This document shows positions 60,539 to 64,000 of a DNA stretch of 64,000 nt, piece after piece (position 1 is the first letter of the stretch; every line of letters begins with the position of its first letter). The stretch comes from Candidatus Izemoplasmatales bacterium. GTDB taxonomy: Bacteria; Bacillota_I; Bacilli_A; Izemoplasmatales; Hujiaoplasmataceae. The position numbers and the translations under genes are program-made. The DNA lies in the NCBI GenBank assembly GCA_050177605.1, contig JBFXGX010000001.1:111059-175058 (forward strand), in the 5' to 3' direction. The notes beneath the pieces were generated by a model, which ran no database searches, was not told the DNA's origin, and was given only the letters and a program-made list of their open reading frames with translations.

Positions 60539-61257
60539 TAGATCACCATAAAGAATAAACTTAGTGCTATTAAATATTGTGCTAGATAATAGGTAACTAG
60601 ATTTAGTGTCTTAAATCCTTTCGTCTCTTTATTATTATAATAGATTTGAGATAGTATTAAATCTGATACTGCAAAGAGAATAGATCCAATCAAAATAGTA
60701 ATTCTAAATGGCGCGTCTGTTAAATGAGAAAAACCAAATAAAATTTGTCCAACAAAGAAAAATAGAATAAATGAATAAACAACCGAAGGAATCAAAAGGG
60801 TTCCAAATTTCGTATGAATTTTTTTCGCAAACAAAAAGATGAGGGTTGTAACCACGACACTAAAAAACAAAGGGTACCAACTGAATGGAATGTATTCTAT
60901 CATCGCTCTGATATAAAATAGATGCCCAAATAGAAAAGACATGGTTCCAAGCATAATGATTTTATTATTCTTATCTTTTGGTAATAAACTTCTTAATGCT
61001 AAGACCAAATCTCCTAAAAAACCAAATCCGAGTCCAATTCCAATGTACACAAAGAATCGTTCATAGGTGATGATAGAAAGCGTTACTCTAGGTTCTAGCA
61101 AATAAAATAAAAATGACATCAATAGGAAAATAAAGAAAAACAAACTACTTAAGCCTTTAAAAAAGAAGGCATGCAAGTATCTTTCTTTCCATTCATAATA
61201 TAAAAAAACAAATAAGACAATCGCTGCAGCAATCATTGAAATAATAATATTCGTCAT
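60538..61257 (-). CDS. YhhN/TMEM86 lysoplasmalogenase-family membrane protein
   Basis: K...S, GD..L, G...FL.GH..Y, LF.VSD..L, TYYLAQ; start ATG 61257. Confidence 0.85.
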   Translation of the reverse strand: MTNIIISMIAAAIVLFVFLYYEWKERYLHAFFFKGLSSLFFFIFLLMSFLFYLLEPRVTLSIITYERFFVYIGIGLGFGFLGDLVLALRSLLPKDKNNKIIMLGTMSFLFGHLFYIRAMIEYIPFSWYPLFFSVVVTTLIFLFAKKIHTKFGTLLIPSVVYSFILFFFVGQILFGFSHLTDAPFRITILIGSILFAVSDLILSQIYYNNKETKGFKTLNLVTYYLAQYLIALSLFFMVI

Positions 61258-61374
61258 TGATATCTCCTTTCCAATACATAAATTCATTATAACAGTTCAA
61301 GATAAAGATAGAAATACTTTGTAATAAAGAAATATATAGTATAATAGATTTATCACAAAAAAAGAGGTGTCTAT

Positions 61375-62505
61375 ATGTTAAAACGAATATTAAAAATCTT
61401 CTTAATTCTTTTTTCTGCAGTTCTCGTCTTTGCGATTGGATTTATCTTAACGCTTCAAATATTTGAATACACGCCAGATGGCGTTACATCCTTACAGATA
61501 TCAAACAACCTTGAGAACGTAACCACAAACTACGTTACGCTCGATGAAACTATTAAAATTGTGACATTTAATACTGGCTATGCTTCATTAAGTGCAACAG
61601 AAGATTTCGTTATGGATGGCGGCGAAAAAGGTCGAATGGATTCTAAAGAGGAAGTTGAAGCGAATATCACAGGAATTACAAATACACTACTTGCTCAAAA
61701 TGCGGATATTTATTTGCTTCAAGAAGTAGACCAAGATAGTAATCGTTCTTACGATACCGATCAGCTTGGCAGTTATAGTGATGCACTCAATATGCCAATT
61801 ACATTAGGATATAACTACCGAGTCATTTTTGTTCCCTTTCCTTTTAAATTTGGACAGATGATGGGGACCGTTAATTCAGGAATCGTCACTTTTGCAAACT
61901 ATTATATTGATTCTGCAGATAGAATACAATTACCTGGTAGTTTTGCTTGGCCAGTAAGTCTCGCCAATTTAAAAAGATGTATCACTGTTCATACATTGCC
62001 GATTGAAGGTAGTGATAAATCATTGATATTAATCAATGTCCATTTAAGTGCCTATGATGATGGTTCAATGAGACTTCAAGAAATGGAAACCTTAAAGCAA
62101 ATCATGCAAGATGAAACTGAAAAAGGTAACTATGTGATTGTCGGCGGTGATTTTAATCAAACCTTCCCTGATGCTTTAGTTTCGTCGAATACAACTGGCG
62201 ATACAACCACCTATGAATATCTATATCCTTTAAAAGACCCAAGTCTTTGGCAAGCATATCCGATGGAACGGGATTGGTTTATTGAACATGGATTTACCTT
62301 CGGTGTAGACACTTCTACTCCGACTTGCCGACTATTAAATCAACCATATGACAGTGTAAACCATGAAAATAATCAATATTATGTTATCGATGGATTCATC
62401 GTATCAAACAATGTTACAATTGAAAATGTTGAAACACTCAATTTGGATTTTGTAAATAGTGACCACAATCCAGTCGCAATTGAAGTTCATTTAAACGCTG
62501 AATAA
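61375..62505 (+). CDS. Membrane-anchored endonuclease/exonuclease/phosphatase (EEP) family protein
   Basis: N-terminal TM; TFN.GY, LQEVD, NVHLSAY, GGDFNQ, IDGFI, SDHNPV. Confidence 0.9.
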   Translation: MLKRILKIFLILFSAVLVFAIGFILTLQIFEYTPDGVTSLQISNNLENVTTNYVTLDETIKIVTFNTGYASLSATEDFVMDGGEKGRMDSKEEVEANITGITNTLLAQNADIYLLQEVDQDSNRSYDTDQLGSYSDALNMPITLGYNYRVIFVPFPFKFGQMMGTVNSGIVTFANYYIDSADRIQLPGSFAWPVSLANLKRCITVHTLPIEGSDKSLILINVHLSAYDDGSMRLQEMETLKQIMQDETEKGNYVIVGGDFNQTFPDALVSSNTTGDTTTYEYLYPLKDPSLWQAYPMERDWFIEHGFTFGVDTSTPTCRLLNQPYDSVNHENNQYYVIDGFIVSNNVTIENVETLNLDFVNSDHNPVAIEVHLNAE

Positions 62506-62506
62506 A

Positions 62507-62539
62507 TAAAAATGCTTATCAAAACGATAAGCATTTTTT
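62507..62539. terminator. Bidirectional terminator
   Basis: AAAAATGCTTATC-aaaac-GATAAGCATTTTT. Confidence 0.8.
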
Positions 62540-62971
62540 CTATTCATGATGGTGATGTTTGTGATGATGATCTTGATGTTCATGTTCGTGGTGATGTTCT
62601 TCACTTCCGTGCTCATGATGATGGTCATGATCATGGTGTTTTTCACAACACTTATCGCTTGATTGAAGACCTGTCGTTAATAATTTATCAATGATCATTT
62701 CCTTTTTTCCGGCAACACCAAAGACAACTTCCATCTTAAAAGCATCTAATATTTGTTTTGCTTTGGCTCCGAGGTTTTCAGCGACAACAACATTAACTCC
62801 TTGATCATACAAAAATTTTGGTAGAAATCCAGGGCGATGTTCTGGATTTACGACAACTGTTTCGTTGGCTACATTATTTTCTTCATTAACCTCGTAAATT
62901 GCGAAGTGGTCGCAGTGTCCAAAATGGTCAAGTTCATTTTCTTGATTTAATGCTAAAGCTATCTTTTTCAT
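62540..62971 (-). CDS. NifB/NifX-family (FeMo-cofactor-binding fold) protein with His-rich tail
   Basis: MKKIA..., HFGHC..F, P.FL...GVNVV...N.G..A; 19 His in the last 32 aa. Confidence 0.88.
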   Translation of the reverse strand: MKKIALALNQENELDHFGHCDHFAIYEVNEENNVANETVVVNPEHRPGFLPKFLYDQGVNVVVAENLGAKAKQILDAFKMEVVFGVAGKKEMIIDKLLTTGLQSSDKCCEKHHDHDHHHEHGSEEHHHEHEHQDHHHKHHHHE

Positions 62972-62982
62972 ACAGTCTCCTC

Positions 62983-63342
62983 TTATTCTTGGTTCATTGA
63001 ATGGAACTGTTTGCTAAACCGACCGGGATGTTTACAACGTTCACAATCGCGATCACATATTGTATATTCCCCACCTGTGATATTCAATTGTTTTCCATTA
63101 ATTAAAGAATCCGCAATCTTTTTTCGAGCATCATTATAGATGCGTTGCACTGTTGTTCTAGCAACAAGCATTTGATCAGCAGCTTCTTCTTGTGTATAAT
63201 TCTCATAATCAATTAAACGGACAGTTTCAAGTTCATCTACCGAAAGAATGATAACTTCTCTAGGTGATTTTTCTTGATACGGTCCATAGCTGTTATGATT
63301 TGGCATTTGACATACACTACGTTTTTTTTGTGGCCTAGGCAT
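62983..63342 (-). CDS. DUF134 (UPF0251) HTH DNA-binding protein
   Basis: MPRP.K.R.VC..P, DELE..RLID....QEEAA..M.VAR.TVQRI..ARKKIA..L..G, C-terminal Cys cluster. Confidence 0.92.
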   Translation of the reverse strand: MPRPQKKRSVCQMPNHNSYGPYQEKSPREVIILSVDELETVRLIDYENYTQEEAADQMLVARTTVQRIYNDARKKIADSLINGKQLNITGGEYTICDRDCERCKHPGRFSKQFHSMNQE

Positions 63343-63359
63343 AAAGTTCCTCCAAATAG

Positions 63360-63392
63360 ATTATACGATAGTTATGAACATATGTCAATAAC
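63360..63392 (-). promoter_or_regulatory. Sigma-A promoter with overlapping palindrome (DUF134 operon)
   Basis: TTGACA-N17-TATAAT; 22-bp imperfect palindrome GTTATGAACATATGTCAATAAC (63371-63392). Confidence 0.78.
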
Positions 63393-63949
63393 TAACATAG
63401 GGATAAAAGTCGAATTATTTCTTCTTTCTGACTAACTATATTATATACCTCAACATAAGGAATATGAAGAGATGTTGCTTGATTCTTTATTTTTCTGCTA
63501 ACATTTTTTAAATAATCGATCAGATCGATCATTTCTTTGGAAGATAGATGACTAAACCAAGGGTTTTCAAAGTCATTGATATGATTCCTTAATTCCTGCG
63601 TTTTTTCTTCAGTGGATACTTCACTATATCCTAAATAAATAAACTGAATTTTATCCTTAAAATCATGAAGGAGTTTGCTTGCAAAAGATGGGTTAAAGTG
63701 AACTCCTTCAATCAGGTAATCAATACCGTTTTCGACCATTGCTCTAAGCATTGGATAAAGGTATGGTTCAAGCGAAGTGGCTACAATTTCATCATCTAAA
63801 GTATGATCTACACCTGTTTCTTTTCCTGATAAAGATAAACTCATCATTAAATAGTCGGTTGAAAAGTAAGGTATGTGATACTGATCAATGATATATTTTG
63901 ATAAATAGGTTTTCCCAGACTTTGCAACACCTGAAATAATATATAACAT
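63392..63949 (-). CDS. Small P-loop kinase (2-phosphoglycerate kinase/AAA_33-like), substrate unknown
   Basis: ISGVAKSGKT Walker A, STD, IEGV. Confidence 0.7.
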   Translation of the reverse strand: MLYIISGVAKSGKTYLSKYIIDQYHIPYFSTDYLMMSLSLSGKETGVDHTLDDEIVATSLEPYLYPMLRAMVENGIDYLIEGVHFNPSFASKLLHDFKDKIQFIYLGYSEVSTEEKTQELRNHINDFENPWFSHLSSKEMIDLIDYLKNVSRKIKNQATSLHIPYVEVYNIVSQKEEIIRLLSLC

Positions 63950-63950
63950 T

Positions 63951-64000
63951 TTATTCGTTTACAGGTACATGTTGTTCATACATTTCATAAGTAATCTCAT
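63951..64000 (-). CDS. Partial CDS (C-terminus), runs in from window end
   Basis: Open frame ...EITYEMYEQHVPVNE* ending 1 bp before the next ATG. Confidence 0.5.
   Translation of the reverse strand, partial: EITYEMYEQHVPVNE

Noticed and set aside
62543..62640. (TGA/TGG)n-like tandem repeat
   Set aside because: Explained by His/Asp/Glu codons of the NifX-like C-terminal tail
2540..62694. Many short ORFs in the track (e.g. 10402..10731, 21189..21731, 38854..39171, 51080..51526, 54149..54520, 62512..62694)
   Set aside because: They are antisense or out-of-frame shadows of well-supported genes or T-box leaders, with no recognisable motifs
1..64000. UGA-to-Trp recoding, mobile elements, CRISPR, rRNA, defence systems
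   Set aside because: Conserved genes are full length with TGG for Trp and some end at TGA (e.g. mutM, gmk); no transposase, integrase, cas gene, spaced repeat or rRNA-like segment was seen

Overview
Low-GC, gene-dense bacterial core-genome segment with about 60 CDSs, almost all on the minus strand. It is read with the standard code (TGA is a stop codon). Gene content and order are Bacilli-derived: polC, dnaB/dnaI/dnaD, T-box leaders, CcpA, FakA/PlsX, RqcH. Wall- and division-linked neighbours expected at these loci are absent: mraZ/ftsL/pbp beside rsmH, prpC/prkC between rlmN and rsgA, and fabD/fabG/acpP between plsX and rnc. This suggests a wall-less, non-Mycoplasma Mollicutes lineage such as Acholeplasmatales or Izemoplasmatales (inference only). 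The window holds 3 tRNAs (Ser-CGA and two identical Gly-TCC), 3 T-box riboswitches with readable specifier codons (Phe, Thr, Tyr), an L19-leader-like hairpin, and many sigma-A promoters and intrinsic terminators. I saw no IS elements, prophage, CRISPR array or rRNA. The most notable accessory items are a PII-like/CPA2 antiporter operon, a DUF134-NifX/His-tail operon with a palindromic operator, a putative lipid-scavenging trio (YhhN, esterase, EEP), tandem HtrA lipoproteins, an orphan NprR-like regulator and a Cys-free SalA-like Mrp ATPase. All product calls come from motif recognition by eye; no database search was run.
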